Shown one piece after another: positions 9,820-20,432 of a DNA stretch of 64,000 bases; positions within the stretch are counted from its first letter, which is position 1, and each line of letters begins with the position of its first letter. The notes below the pieces were generated by a model, which saw only the letters and a program-made list of their open reading frames with translations, was not told the origin of the DNA and searched no databases. Source of the DNA: Candidatus Kapaibacterium sp. (GTDB lineage: Bacteria; Bacteroidota; Ignavibacteria; Kapaibacteriales; UBA2268); assembly GCA_963665665.1 (NCBI GenBank), contig OY762428.1, forward strand, positions 1,376,001 to 1,440,000. Direction: 5' to 3'. The position numbers and the translations under genes are program-made.

Positions 9820-11289
9820 CTATTCAATCACAATAATTTCATACGCCGGGGGCTGCCCCGGTATTTCAATACCTATTACATAAGTTCCGGGATGATAATC
9901 ACCACCCAGAATAAATTGAATGCTGTTACCACCAAGGAAATATGCACCGAAGCTCTCAATCAGCTCACCACGGATTGTATATATTTTTATCTCAGCTCTT
10001 CCGCTGAAGTTTCCGGCTGGTTCAAGATTTATCACTTCACCTGTTTTTGCAGGATTGGGATAAACGCTAAATTGCTTCTCATCCAAATTATTTCCAGCAA
10101 AAGGTACAGTAAGATCATCCGGAAAATACTTGCAAAGCCATTTCCATACCATACAGTATATTCTATCGGGATAATATCCCTGAAGACAATCCATCGGCTC
10201 CCACTCTTCTATATAGCCGTAGATATCATTAGCTATATCCCTGTCAAAGAACTGCAATTCCCAGGTTTTACCGGCATTACTTGTATGGTAAAAGAACTGA
10301 TAGCTTTTGCCTTTTGGTTCAACTTCCGATCTGCTTACAGGGGTTGCAACATAATGTGAACTATCCAGATAATGAAACTCGTCAATTCCAATGTATTTTG
10401 TACTATCTCTCCTGTACAATATGTTCTCCCAGCTTTCGCCACCGTCAGTTGTTCGATAAATCACGTTTATATTGTAATCTGATTCAGGGTAAAGAGTATC
10501 AGCCTGAGCGCCCCAAACAAAACCGAGATTTTCATTAACAAACGTTATTTTACGATAAATTACACTGTCAGAATTAGGATATTCTTTCCATGTTTTTCCC
10601 CTGTCAGTACTTTTTAGTATTGAATAAAAATCTGCTATTGATTCACAACCCAGATTAGAAGTATATTCCCTTTTTGCTTTATCAAGATAGAATGTATTTT
10701 CGAACCAGCCACAAACTTTGAAACTTGTTGTGTCATCGCTAACCTTAATATAATCTAAATCTTCATAATCATTATTTGTAATACGGAATCCCCAGCCATC
10801 ATCATAATATCTAATAATACCACGATTATTATCATAAAGTATAGCATATCCAATTTTTTTAGTTCTATAATAATACTCACTGGTGGAAGGAGCCTGCGAT
10901 GATAATTCTTTTATTTCCCAATTCTCACCTCCATCAGTGGATTTTAAAAACAATCTTACACCATCAAAAAATAAATATATTAAGCTGTCATTTAAAACCT
11001 GGAAATCCATGGGTGTATGGAAGTATTTTGTAGCATATCCCATGGCTGAATCTAAATTATTGGTATTCATTAAAAACAAGGTTTCCCTGGTTTTTCCATC
11101 GTCTATGGTTTTTGTTACTTCCGTCCAGGCCTTTTCATTTGCATACCTGTCAAAGAAGTAGCATGTACCATTGGGACTAACCTGCAATGTTCTCATTTCA
11201 ACATTATGTATCCTGTTCATAATACGCCATTCACCGGAATATAGACTCGAAATACAGAATACAAAGACTATTATTAGTTTGAATTTCAT
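9820..11289 (-). CDS. BNR/YCF48-like beta-propeller protein with T9SS domain, copy F (most divergent)
   Basis: ORF 9820..11337; start placed at MKFKLIIV (11289) because the longer start lies in a hairpin; Asp-boxes and T9SS domain conserved. Confidence 0.85.
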   Translation of the reverse strand: MKFKLIIVFVFCISSLYSGEWRIMNRIHNVEMRTLQVSPNGTCYFFDRYANEKAWTEVTKTIDDGKTRETLFLMNTNNLDSAMGYATKYFHTPMDFQVLNDSLIYLFFDGVRLFLKSTDGGENWEIKELSSQAPSTSEYYYRTKKIGYAILYDNNRGIIRYYDDGWGFRITNNDYEDLDYIKVSDDTTSFKVCGWFENTFYLDKAKREYTSNLGCESIADFYSILKSTDRGKTWKEYPNSDSVIYRKITFVNENLGFVWGAQADTLYPESDYNINVIYRTTDGGESWENILYRRDSTKYIGIDEFHYLDSSHYVATPVSRSEVEPKGKSYQFFYHTSNAGKTWELQFFDRDIANDIYGYIEEWEPMDCLQGYYPDRIYCMVWKWLCKYFPDDLTVPFAGNNLDEKQFSVYPNPAKTGEVINLEPAGNFSGRAEIKIYTIRGELIESFGAYFLGGNSIQFILGGDYHPGTYVIGIEIPGQPPAYEIIVIE

Positions 11290-11328
11290 AATCTTACCGC
11301 TTTTATAGAAAAATCCAACAAAAACAAC

Positions 11329-11361
11329 CAACTCCATTCTGGCATAAGCAGAATGGAGTTG
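11329..11361. terminator. Intergenic hairpin (attenuator, processing or stabilising stem)
   Basis: CAACTCCATTCTG / CAGAATGGAGTTG 13-bp perfect stem just after the stop of 11367..12554. Confidence 0.5.
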
Positions 11362-11366
11362 AATGA

Positions 11367-12554
11367 CTATTTTATTATTATAAACTTCCCACTTTCAAGT
11401 ACTTTAGAACCGTCCTTTAATATATAAATATACGTCCCGCTTGCAATTTCTGGAAGATTTAGTTCTATAGAATCCTTTTCGTTGTTATCTATTATCGAAC
11501 AATAAACCGATATTCCCTCAATACTTACTATTTCTATACTTATATTCTCAGAATTTATTTCCTGTAGATTCAAGGTAAATGAACCGGAATTAGGATTTGG
11601 ATGAATTCTTCTATTATCTTTTGCAGATATTAATTTAATATCATTATTTTCTCCATACTTAGGCAACTGACCACAACAGTTTTTTTCAAATGTCATGAGA
11701 GCATTGCATTTGTCTTCACAGACTTCAACTATTTCGCAAGTATAATTTGGTGAATTACTTGATACTTCATCCTCAATCCTGCCAATTTGAGATACTATCC
11801 AAATTTTATCTATGTCATCCCATTCCCATATTATACATACACCAATATAACAGCATGTTGATAGATCACATTTAATCCAAAATCCGGGAGAAGATTGTGA
11901 TGAGTTCTGAATTTCATCACTCTTTTTACCAGGAATTGGAATATTAACAGATGGAGGTGTCAAATTTGGAAAGTCAATCACATGATTCATTTCATCATTG
12001 CTAACATCAACTCCCTGATTGAGATAATGCCAACATGAAGCAATTGCTGCCGAATAATAATTTCCGTCAAATGGCCTTCCATTCTCATCCTTTGGAAATA
12101 AAGGATATTGTGCAGCTTTAATAAAAGCAACCTGTACGGCATAATTTAGAAAGACATCGAAGGATAGAGGACAATGGCAAGGATCGGCAGGATCCTGAAC
12201 AATTTCCCACCATGTTATCTCAACCTGGGTATAATCATCTTCATTGGTTCGCCAATATGCGTCAAATCGATATGTACAGGTTGTATTATCATCGCATTCA
12301 ACAGTAAAAGATAAAAATCTGTATTCTTTTACTCTCCTTTCTACCCATTGTCCGTTAAGCTCAACAAGTTCCACCTGATCATGAATCAATTCATGCAAGG
12401 GTTTCCATTCGCCAACACCAGTAATACCTTCTGGAATATCCGGTGTACAAGGAGCTTCAGGTTCTCTTCCAATAACATAAACCGGCGGCGGGTCGCTCAA
12501 AGCTACAGCTACATTTAAAACAAAAAGCAATATAAACAAGAATGCTTTCTTCAT
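11367..12554 (-). CDS. Cys-rich secreted protein with T9SS domain (divergent paralog)
   Basis: Shares EPxAPCxP, Y..(A/S)IASCW and CC motifs with the other two; IHPNP...SGTYIY C-terminus. Confidence 0.85.
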   Translation of the reverse strand: MKKAFLFILLFVLNVAVALSDPPPVYVIGREPEAPCTPDIPEGITGVGEWKPLHELIHDQVELVELNGQWVERRVKEYRFLSFTVECDDNTTCTYRFDAYWRTNEDDYTQVEITWWEIVQDPADPCHCPLSFDVFLNYAVQVAFIKAAQYPLFPKDENGRPFDGNYYSAAIASCWHYLNQGVDVSNDEMNHVIDFPNLTPPSVNIPIPGKKSDEIQNSSQSSPGFWIKCDLSTCCYIGVCIIWEWDDIDKIWIVSQIGRIEDEVSSNSPNYTCEIVEVCEDKCNALMTFEKNCCGQLPKYGENNDIKLISAKDNRRIHPNPNSGSFTLNLQEINSENISIEIVSIEGISVYCSIIDNNEKDSIELNLPEIASGTYIYILKDGSKVLESGKFIIIK

Positions 12555-12555
12555 C

Positions 12556-15500
12556 TTATTTCTCCTTAATTTGTTTAGGGTTAGTATTTTTATTTATTTT
12601 TGAAAGTGAATCCACTTTCTTTTTCTTATCTTCGATTATGCCATTGATTTCTTCTTTTGGCAAATCAGGCAATTTGATCTCCGGAATAGGTTTTTTACAG
12701 GTTTCTAATTTTTCCTCAATTCCCTTTATCGGTGATTTGATATCACTTCCTTTAATATCAGTGCCGGGCAAATGAAGAGAATCCGGCAAATTTGGTTTAG
12801 GAAGTATTTTTTTAACATTGATACTGTCCTTATCCATACCAAATACTTTGATTTTCTGATTCTCAGGATCAAATTTCAGCTCAAAAATGTCTAAGTCGGC
12901 ATCAATACCCGGACCATCGGTTTTATGTTGTTCCTGAATGTTTCCCGGGATCATAAAATTGTTATAATCAAACTCAAAATCACTATCAGGTGCTGGTATC
13001 TTTCCTACAGGAAAAATCAAATTTGGATTGTATAATCTATCCTGAAAAGGAGTATTAGTAATAGTTTCAGAAACAGTCATAACGCCCCGGGCAGTTTCCT
13101 TCATAGTTCTGATAAACTGCCCCTTCTGGTTATACTGAAAGTATGTGGCAAAATGATTATTATCGAGCATTGCCATCATACTATTATCAATATTATCATA
13201 TACATAGCAGCTCATTTCTGCCGAAAGTGGAAGAATCCTGACATCATCCAACCATATATAGTTTTCCTCAGCAATTCCATCATAAGTACTTTTGATATTG
13301 ACCTTTATTCTAATATCATTCCCGCCAACAGGAGAAAAGTCTTCCTCCTGGAGTATTGCCTCATACAAAGCCCACTGTCCTGTTTTAACGATATGATTCA
13401 TATTGATTTCAAAGGAGTTTGTATTTGCCTGATCATCACTAAAATCGAACCTGCATTGCAGATCACAATCAATTACATCCGGAAATCCTGCCACAGAATT
13501 GCTATAGTTATTGATCTCTGATTCGGACATTACCCGGTGCGCCCATAACTGTACCAGTAATCCCCTGTCAACATTCTGCTGATCATATTTCATTGCCTCG
13601 CTTATATTTATTTCGCCGGCAGGAAGCATATATTCATTATCAGTTAGCTTGTATGAGAATTTCCCTGTGTGTGCATATTCTTCACTAATATTAGCACTGA
13701 CTCCAAAATTTTCAAATCCCTGATAACTAACATTTTTGTAACCCGCATTAGCAGCGGCAGCAGAAATATAACTAATATCAGTAGGTTTGAACTCACTCGC
13801 TGTGTTATCCCAAATTTGATTGCCAACATTTATTGAACTAATCAGATCAGGATTGCTAACCATTTGAACAGGAATACCGTCAGGAGTAAAAGAATTACTC
13901 TGTGAACTGATAATCCAGCCCGGCTGTGGAATACCATTCCTATATCTGTGAGGCATAAGGAAATCTTCTATAACACCGGCATTTGTATATATCCTGCTGT
14001 CCGGATCGTTAAAATCCGACCCCGGAACAATGCTATAGTTGGGAACAATTGTTTCTTTAGTTCTCCAGCGTCCTTTTTCACCACGCTGATAAGGATTATC
14101 GGGATTGGAATTGTCAATACTAAAGCCCTCGATGGTTTCCCAATCATCCGAAAGTCTTGTAGCGCCGGCTACAATTATGTTATCAATATTATAATTTGGT
14201 TCGTAATCATCGATAAACTCAATACATGATATATCTCTTGACCATGTATGTGGCAAAAATCTATCCTCACTATAGCATTGAGAATTATCAGGATTTACAC
14301 AAAGTTGACCTTTCTCATTCAACATCAGCCATTCATGATCCTCCGGGACATTATAACCGGGAGTCCATCTTAAATCCATTGTGCAATTTACAGTATCAAG
14401 ATCTCCAATATCAAAGATCATCATTGGTAATTTTCCGGCAACGAAATCATTAACTGAATTAACTAATCTGCTTGTATATTTAAGGCTGCCATTAGGATTG
14501 GCTGAAAAATAAACATACTGATCAGTAAAATTAATTGTATTTGCCTGATCGTACATTCCGGTAATAGTTGGGTAACCAAAATTCGTAGCAAGGCAAATTT
14601 CAATTTGCGGGCCGCTTGCATTTTTAAATCTGTTTATTCCAAACCACCTGTTCAATAGCGGATCGGTATTAAATCCTTTCCAATAATCTGAATATTCCGG
14701 CTTAAAAGCAAATTGGTACTTTCCAAGGATACATTTATCATTGCACCTGTCATATAGAATTGAGATTTCATCTCCTCTTTCAAAAAGATCGTCACCTGAT
14801 ATCCAGATGCCATTTATCGAATAAACCGATGATCTAATTCTTTCAAATCCGGTGATTTTATCTATAAGTTTTTTCTGCTCATCATTAATGAATATTTGTA
14901 CACAACGTATATCATCATTTGTACAAATGTCTGTATGGTGAAAACCTCCAAGATTATTATCCGCCAGGAAATCCGGAATTTCTTTATTCAAATCCACAGA
15001 AAAAATTCTGTCAAGGAAATTATTTAAATCACTAACAAGCCTGTTCTTTTCTTGTGAAAAATCCAGTATTTGCACATCTGATTCTAAAACTTCGTTTACA
15101 CCGATCCTGAAATTAAGTATTGAGTTCCAATAATCATTAATAACTTCAAGATATATTTTATCACTGATATCCCCTGCATTTATTTCCATAAAACCACCAC
15201 AGGGCTTAGCAATTTTCAATGGGCCGCCTGTATATATTATACTGCCATCCCAATAACCAATAGTTTTTATACAAGCATTCAATGCGTCAACAAGCAGTTG
15301 TCTGTTCTGAAGCTCTGAATCCGAGATAATTGGCAATGCCTCTTTCGTTAAGTTACTTTCAATTGGCAGTGAAGCGCTATTACCGTAGGTTGTCAGGTAA
15401 GCAAAATCTGAACTTAGTTCATTTGTCCTACCGCTTTTTACTATCCTGAAACAGCATTTCATATCAGACGGAGCTTCGCTTTCCGGCTCATATAATGGTT

Positions 15501-18500
15501 CAAGACAAACAACATTTCCATGAATATCAATAATCTGGTAATATTCAGGATCATTCAGGCTGATAAATACTTTTTCCCCGTCTAAAGTGCATTCAGGTGC
15601 AACTTCAATTATATCTCCCGGAATTATTTCAGAAAGAAATAGTGTTTCATTGTTCTGCAAAACCCATGCATCAGAGCCGAAGTAATCCGGTTCGTGGTCT
15701 TCGGACGGAAAATACAGGTAAATAAAATATCCCTGGCCGCTGATACGCCTGTACATGTGCATATTATCATTTGAAAAGAATTCCTTATTCTCAAATTCCG
15801 CCTTCTGACCTGTCTCTTCGTACTCATGACTTATCGGGATAACAATATTATGATAAGAACCGTCGTGATTTGCAGACTTTTGCAGGGACAATTCATCAAA
15901 TCCGTCATTGCTTCTTGTTATCAGAGCCCTGCCTGAATTCGGATCGAAAGCAAGATTCTCAGTCAGGCTATACCTTCCGTCCATATAGCTTTTGATTGAC
16001 TTTGTAAATACAGGGCAATTAATAATGGTATTGGTCGAATGAATATGTGTCTTTGTACAAATCCTGTCATAACCTGCATTCGCGCTGATGCTCCAGGGAG
16101 TGAACGGAAGCTGGACATCAAAATCAGCTTCTCCCTTGACTAAGTACAGGTCATCCATCATCTTCTTCGACTCACAGACAATCTCCATATCAGTCCCAAG
16201 GAATTCATTTTCCAGGCTCTTTGTTTCCCAGTTATAAACCGGGACAGGATCGTCATAAGGATAATATTCCCACTCAGTAAATGAGGTTAAAGACCAGTTA
16301 TCCGGATTAACATCATAGTCACCATCAGTAGCAAGCGGAACAGCCATGTATGAAGCAGTTCTACGGGGCTTTCCATGCATATTGTTCAGGATAAATTTAT
16401 ATCCCTGAGAGCCGTAATATTTTTTTACAATCCTTGTAACAGGCCATACCCAGGGAGTTAAAAAATCGAAGTCTTTATCAATATTAGTGAGTTTTACAGA
16501 TTTACTGTTTAACAACGGATAGTCCCTGCAAGTCCAGAATTCTTTCTCGACTATACCGCCATTATCGCTGCCATCGTAAATACTTTTAGCAACAATTCTG
16601 GAATATGCCACAGACGGAGCCGGAAGGAGGCTCTCCCCAATCGGCCCCTCCTCAAAAATCAATTCTGCAGGTTTGTTGCTGAATGAAAACAATCCGTCCA
16701 TATATGAAATACTGGCATCAACAACATCATCTTTAATATTGCGGATTAGAGAATTTTCATAACGGCCTATACCCGGTTCGTTTGTTGCCACACCGCTGCA
16801 ATTATTATCCTGAGTTTTATAAATATATTCTGTCCCGTATAATTCCGCTTCGGCATCTTCGTTAATCCTGCTCATAAACGGGTCGAACATTAATACCCTT
16901 TTAACTCTTATTCCTCCTCCTTTTTTGGGCAGACTTTCCGGCAAAGGCAAGCGGATATATGAATTGTCAAAATCAATATGCTTGCAAAGATCGTCGTCGC
17001 CTTCAATAGCTGAAAACATATTCCAGAAATCACTTAGCTCTTCATAATCCAGATAGCTCCGTTCATAGGAACTGCAAGGCTCGCAGTTATACTCATTCTC
17101 ATCCATAATGCCGGCCCTGTTATTTTTATAAAACTCCCGGCAGGAAAACAATGGAATATTCTCGTTGTTTTCCCTGGCAAAATGGAAATATAATTTATTC
17201 GTGGCGGGATCAATATATGGATCATTTCCGAGAGTAAAATTCACATGTGACCAGCCATTTATGAATTCTGAGGTACAATAATCAATACCGACCCTGTCTC
17301 CCAGTACAGTATATAAAAATTTAAAATAGATCAGTTCATTTTCTTTGAAAAATATTCTATTGAATAATTCCAGGATATCAGAATTTACTATACTTTTATC
17401 AATTATATCGGAATAGCCGGGAAGCTGATTCAAATCAACAACTACCTGCATATTCCCGTCATAACTGTCTATTTTGCACATCACCGATACATTTCTGTCC
17501 TGCACGAAGGAATATTCATTTGGTTCATAGTGAATATGAATCTCACCCTGTGATGGCAAATTGATATTTTTCAAAGACCAAGCCGCCGGATCAAAATCAC
17601 TATCCGGATTCTGATTCAACCATGTCTTATAATTATCATTCCAGGAGAATCCTTCTTTTCGATGATTACCCCATCTGTCAATTTTAAATTGGTCATAGTC
17701 CGGTTCCTGCTCCTTTTCAGCACCATAATCCCTCAAATTTTCATATATTTCCGGATAATTCTCACCACTATCATAAACATAATCAAATTCATAAGTACTT
17801 ACTCCATAATCCTTGATGTCTCTTTGGTCAAACCATAGTCTTCTAAGTGACAATTTTCCGAAGTTTTTACCGGTTTCACTATTCGCGATTGAATTCGGCT
17901 GATCTTTCCATATTGGATAATCAATATAATATTGGAATTTTGTTGTAGTTAGTAGTTCAGCATGTATAAGGCTGCTCCCTCCGTTGATAGTCTCTGAAGC
18001 TTTTGAGTAAAGTTCAATTCTCTCAAGAAATTCTGATTTATTTACTTCAGGCAAAGTATAATCATCCGTTTTTCCAGCATTATTTTCATTATGATCTGCT
18101 TCATATCCATCCTTCCTTTCAGCCACTTCATCATCAAGCAGGGTTCCGGTTATTTGTTTTGTTGTTATTTCCCCGTCGTCGTCAAGGATGGTAATTGTCA
18201 GGTTGGTTTTGTTGGTAACGAAATATGCTATGTGGGTTTTGGTTTCTATTGATTCCAGGTAGTAAAGTTCCCTTTCGCCGGATGAAAAGCTGCACATGTC
18301 GTCATTATAATCGCTCAGGGAGTTCCTTTGGAATAGATATCCCCGGTATGGATTGCGCCATTTATACCAGCAGTCATTGCTGTCCCCGGGGCTGAAGCCT
18401 GTTTCGGTATTTTCGTATCCGTCTTGGTTCTGCCACTGATCGGCATAAGGGTCGCTCTTCATATCTGTTCCCGCAGCCCGCCTGTAGTTGAAGATGGTAT

Positions 18501-20412
18501 ATCCTCCGTGGTCGTCCGGCGTGGGGCCGTTGTTTGTAAGATCGACATAATCCGGGGTAAAAATCTCAGTCAAAAGGTAGGAGCTGACATAAGGCGCGTT
18601 GCATTCCGTGCCGGTAACTACCATCCTGTCCTCCTGGTTGTACATATCCATGAAAACAATGCTCTTGCCGTATTTGTCGGTTTCAAAGCTTATTGATCCG
18701 CTTGAATAATTTTCAATATTTTCCATGTTTACGCCATAGCTGATATTTCTTTCATTCCGGCTGAAAACAGGCAGGCCGTAATTCCGGCGGGTTCCGTTTG
18801 CATCAACAATTGAAAATTCGGCTATCAGGTTTTCATCCATGCCGTATATGGCAGGATCGCTAACAGCCCTGTGACGTTTGGAATATATTACAGGCGATTC
18901 GGCTCTTTCTTTCTTCAAATCCCTGAATGTATTGAAATCTACATTTATTGAAGCTTTCCCGTCCATATCATTTATCGATGCGCCCGGTGTGCTGATATTG
19001 CCGTCGGTTCCGGCTGCGATTATTTTGTCATCATCCAGCAAGTTCCCTGACTGGGAGGATATCGCCGATTCGTATATGCGTCCGGATCCAAGGTCATTTT
19101 CAAATTTAATTGTATATCTTTTTTCTTCCTCGGGATAGAAATCATTGTCATTCTCCCGCCAGTCAAAAACGAGATATTGAGTTCCATGTGAATAATCAAC
19201 CCCTACATTTACAATATCAAGAGTATTATCATATCCACCAGCAAAGCCATATTTTCTAAGTTTCGTAATATTATTGGTATAGAATGGCTTGTAGCATCCG
19301 ATATCATTGTGTTCTATTCTGAATGCTCCCTGAAGTCCCATTCCGCTAACCATGAACCTGTCGGCGTTTGAATATGGTATGCCAAGGAATCGGGTTTTCA
19401 TGTCATAGCCTTTGTCCCTTTCAACTGTATAATCCATCCTGGAATCCCGGCCTGTCGCGTCACCATTATACAGGTGCCCGTATGCCATAACTGTATAATT
19501 TTTAGTTTTCTGTGTTCTGACGCTGTGATCGATAATATCTGATTCAGCTTTCAAATATCCATCCTGGTAATTCCCGGCAAATGAATATGATGTTTCTTTG
19601 CCTGAATAATACGGAACACTGCCGGGCATGGAGAAGAAACGTCCGCTAAGGGATTCCGACAGATTCACATTAGTGATTATATTTCCAAAAAAACCTCTGT
19701 TAACTGCTGCAGAACCAATTTTTACTAATTCTGCCCTGAATGATTTTTCAAAAAAATCCAATTTTTTTTCCTTCTCAGGAAATAGACTCCAACCTGTCAG
19801 GTCTGCTAGTATCCTATAGAAATTCGGCTGAAAATCAAGTCCCCAGTTTCCTTTCGAGTCCCAATTGCCGGAAAGTGTGAAATAATCGGCGTATCCACCG
19901 CCAACCCCGTACATATTCGTGTAGCCGCAATAATTATTTAAAATTTTTGAATATGAAGCATTAACATTCATATCCACATCTTCATCATTATCATCAAGGC
20001 TGAATAATTCTGTTCTGGCGGAGAACCTGTCTTTGATTGTTATGTTGTCCCTTGTCAGATTCCAGTATTTCACTTCCACTCCCTTAAAGTCGTCAGGGAA
20101 GCCGGATGTCTGCCGGGTTATTGCACCTGCATTCAGGTTCCACCCAAATCCAACCCAGGATGCCTGTTCATTGGGGGAACTGCCACTTGTATAATTCAAT
20201 ATCATACTGTAGCTGCTGCCGTTTGGGCCGGGAACAGTTAAAACCGGGATATTGAAATTGAAATTACCGTTGAATTCGTTTACCATATCATTAATGCTTA
20301 CCGGCGTAAAGGATTTATATTCCGGCTGCTGCGGACCATTGGTCTGGGCAATTACTTGTTGTATGGAAACAAATAATATAAGGAGGGGTAGAATCTGTGT
20401 TTTCAACTTCAT
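12556..20412 (-). CDS. Giant secreted protein (2618 aa), SpvB/TcB-like N-terminus and YD/RHS-like C-terminal motifs
   Basis: Signal peptide; N-terminal GPQQPE...MVNEFNGNFNFNIP...ASWVGFGWNLNAGAITR; GGIRVKRV motif; C-terminal YVYD...LDNNHFATYFQYNQKGQFIRTMKET; Pro/Lys-rich tail; no T9SS type-A domain seen. Confidence 0.7.
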   Translation of the reverse strand: MKLKTQILPLLILFVSIQQVIAQTNGPQQPEYKSFTPVSINDMVNEFNGNFNFNIPVLTVPGPNGSSYSMILNYTSGSSPNEQASWVGFGWNLNAGAITRQTSGFPDDFKGVEVKYWNLTRDNITIKDRFSARTELFSLDDNDEDVDMNVNASYSKILNNYCGYTNMYGVGGGYADYFTLSGNWDSKGNWGLDFQPNFYRILADLTGWSLFPEKEKKLDFFEKSFRAELVKIGSAAVNRGFFGNIITNVNLSESLSGRFFSMPGSVPYYSGKETSYSFAGNYQDGYLKAESDIIDHSVRTQKTKNYTVMAYGHLYNGDATGRDSRMDYTVERDKGYDMKTRFLGIPYSNADRFMVSGMGLQGAFRIEHNDIGCYKPFYTNNITKLRKYGFAGGYDNTLDIVNVGVDYSHGTQYLVFDWRENDNDFYPEEEKRYTIKFENDLGSGRIYESAISSQSGNLLDDDKIIAAGTDGNISTPGASINDMDGKASINVDFNTFRDLKKERAESPVIYSKRHRAVSDPAIYGMDENLIAEFSIVDANGTRRNYGLPVFSRNERNISYGVNMENIENYSSGSISFETDKYGKSIVFMDMYNQEDRMVVTGTECNAPYVSSYLLTEIFTPDYVDLTNNGPTPDDHGGYTIFNYRRAAGTDMKSDPYADQWQNQDGYENTETGFSPGDSNDCWYKWRNPYRGYLFQRNSLSDYNDDMCSFSSGERELYYLESIETKTHIAYFVTNKTNLTITILDDDGEITTKQITGTLLDDEVAERKDGYEADHNENNAGKTDDYTLPEVNKSEFLERIELYSKASETINGGSSLIHAELLTTTKFQYYIDYPIWKDQPNSIANSETGKNFGKLSLRRLWFDQRDIKDYGVSTYEFDYVYDSGENYPEIYENLRDYGAEKEQEPDYDQFKIDRWGNHRKEGFSWNDNYKTWLNQNPDSDFDPAAWSLKNINLPSQGEIHIHYEPNEYSFVQDRNVSVMCKIDSYDGNMQVVVDLNQLPGYSDIIDKSIVNSDILELFNRIFFKENELIYFKFLYTVLGDRVGIDYCTSEFINGWSHVNFTLGNDPYIDPATNKLYFHFARENNENIPLFSCREFYKNNRAGIMDENEYNCEPCSSYERSYLDYEELSDFWNMFSAIEGDDDLCKHIDFDNSYIRLPLPESLPKKGGGIRVKRVLMFDPFMSRINEDAEAELYGTEYIYKTQDNNCSGVATNEPGIGRYENSLIRNIKDDVVDASISYMDGLFSFSNKPAELIFEEGPIGESLLPAPSVAYSRIVAKSIYDGSDNGGIVEKEFWTCRDYPLLNSKSVKLTNIDKDFDFLTPWVWPVTRIVKKYYGSQGYKFILNNMHGKPRRTASYMAVPLATDGDYDVNPDNWSLTSFTEWEYYPYDDPVPVYNWETKSLENEFLGTDMEIVCESKKMMDDLYLVKGEADFDVQLPFTPWSISANAGYDRICTKTHIHSTNTIINCPVFTKSIKSYMDGRYSLTENLAFDPNSGRALITRSNDGFDELSLQKSANHDGSYHNIVIPISHEYEETGQKAEFENKEFFSNDNMHMYRRISGQGYFIYLYFPSEDHEPDYFGSDAWVLQNNETLFLSEIIPGDIIEVAPECTLDGEKVFISLNDPEYYQIIDIHGNVVCLEPLYEPESEAPSDMKCCFRIVKSGRTNELSSDFAYLTTYGNSASLPIESNLTKEALPIISDSELQNRQLLVDALNACIKTIGYWDGSIIYTGGPLKIAKPCGGFMEINAGDISDKIYLEVINDYWNSILNFRIGVNEVLESDVQILDFSQEKNRLVSDLNNFLDRIFSVDLNKEIPDFLADNNLGGFHHTDICTNDDIRCVQIFINDEQKKLIDKITGFERIRSSVYSINGIWISGDDLFERGDEISILYDRCNDKCILGKYQFAFKPEYSDYWKGFNTDPLLNRWFGINRFKNASGPQIEICLATNFGYPTITGMYDQANTINFTDQYVYFSANPNGSLKYTSRLVNSVNDFVAGKLPMMIFDIGDLDTVNCTMDLRWTPGYNVPEDHEWLMLNEKGQLCVNPDNSQCYSEDRFLPHTWSRDISCIEFIDDYEPNYNIDNIIVAGATRLSDDWETIEGFSIDNSNPDNPYQRGEKGRWRTKETIVPNYSIVPGSDFNDPDSRIYTNAGVIEDFLMPHRYRNGIPQPGWIISSQSNSFTPDGIPVQMVSNPDLISSINVGNQIWDNTASEFKPTDISYISAAAANAGYKNVSYQGFENFGVSANISEEYAHTGKFSYKLTDNEYMLPAGEINISEAMKYDQQNVDRGLLVQLWAHRVMSESEINNYSNSVAGFPDVIDCDLQCRFDFSDDQANTNSFEINMNHIVKTGQWALYEAILQEEDFSPVGGNDIRIKVNIKSTYDGIAEENYIWLDDVRILPLSAEMSCYVYDNIDNSMMAMLDNNHFATYFQYNQKGQFIRTMKETARGVMTVSETITNTPFQDRLYNPNLIFPVGKIPAPDSDFEFDYNNFMIPGNIQEQHKTDGPGIDADLDIFELKFDPENQKIKVFGMDKDSINVKKILPKPNLPDSLHLPGTDIKGSDIKSPIKGIEEKLETCKKPIPEIKLPDLPKEEINGIIEDKKKKVDSLSKINKNTNPKQIKEK

Positions 20413-20432
20413 TTTAAAACCTGTTATTAAAT

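Noticed and set aside
364-11161. Recurrent short antisense or alternate-frame ORFs in the array (e.g. MHYKCIIKPF..., MMRILALCG...)
   Set aside because: They recur only because the underlying genes are duplicated; shadow ORFs
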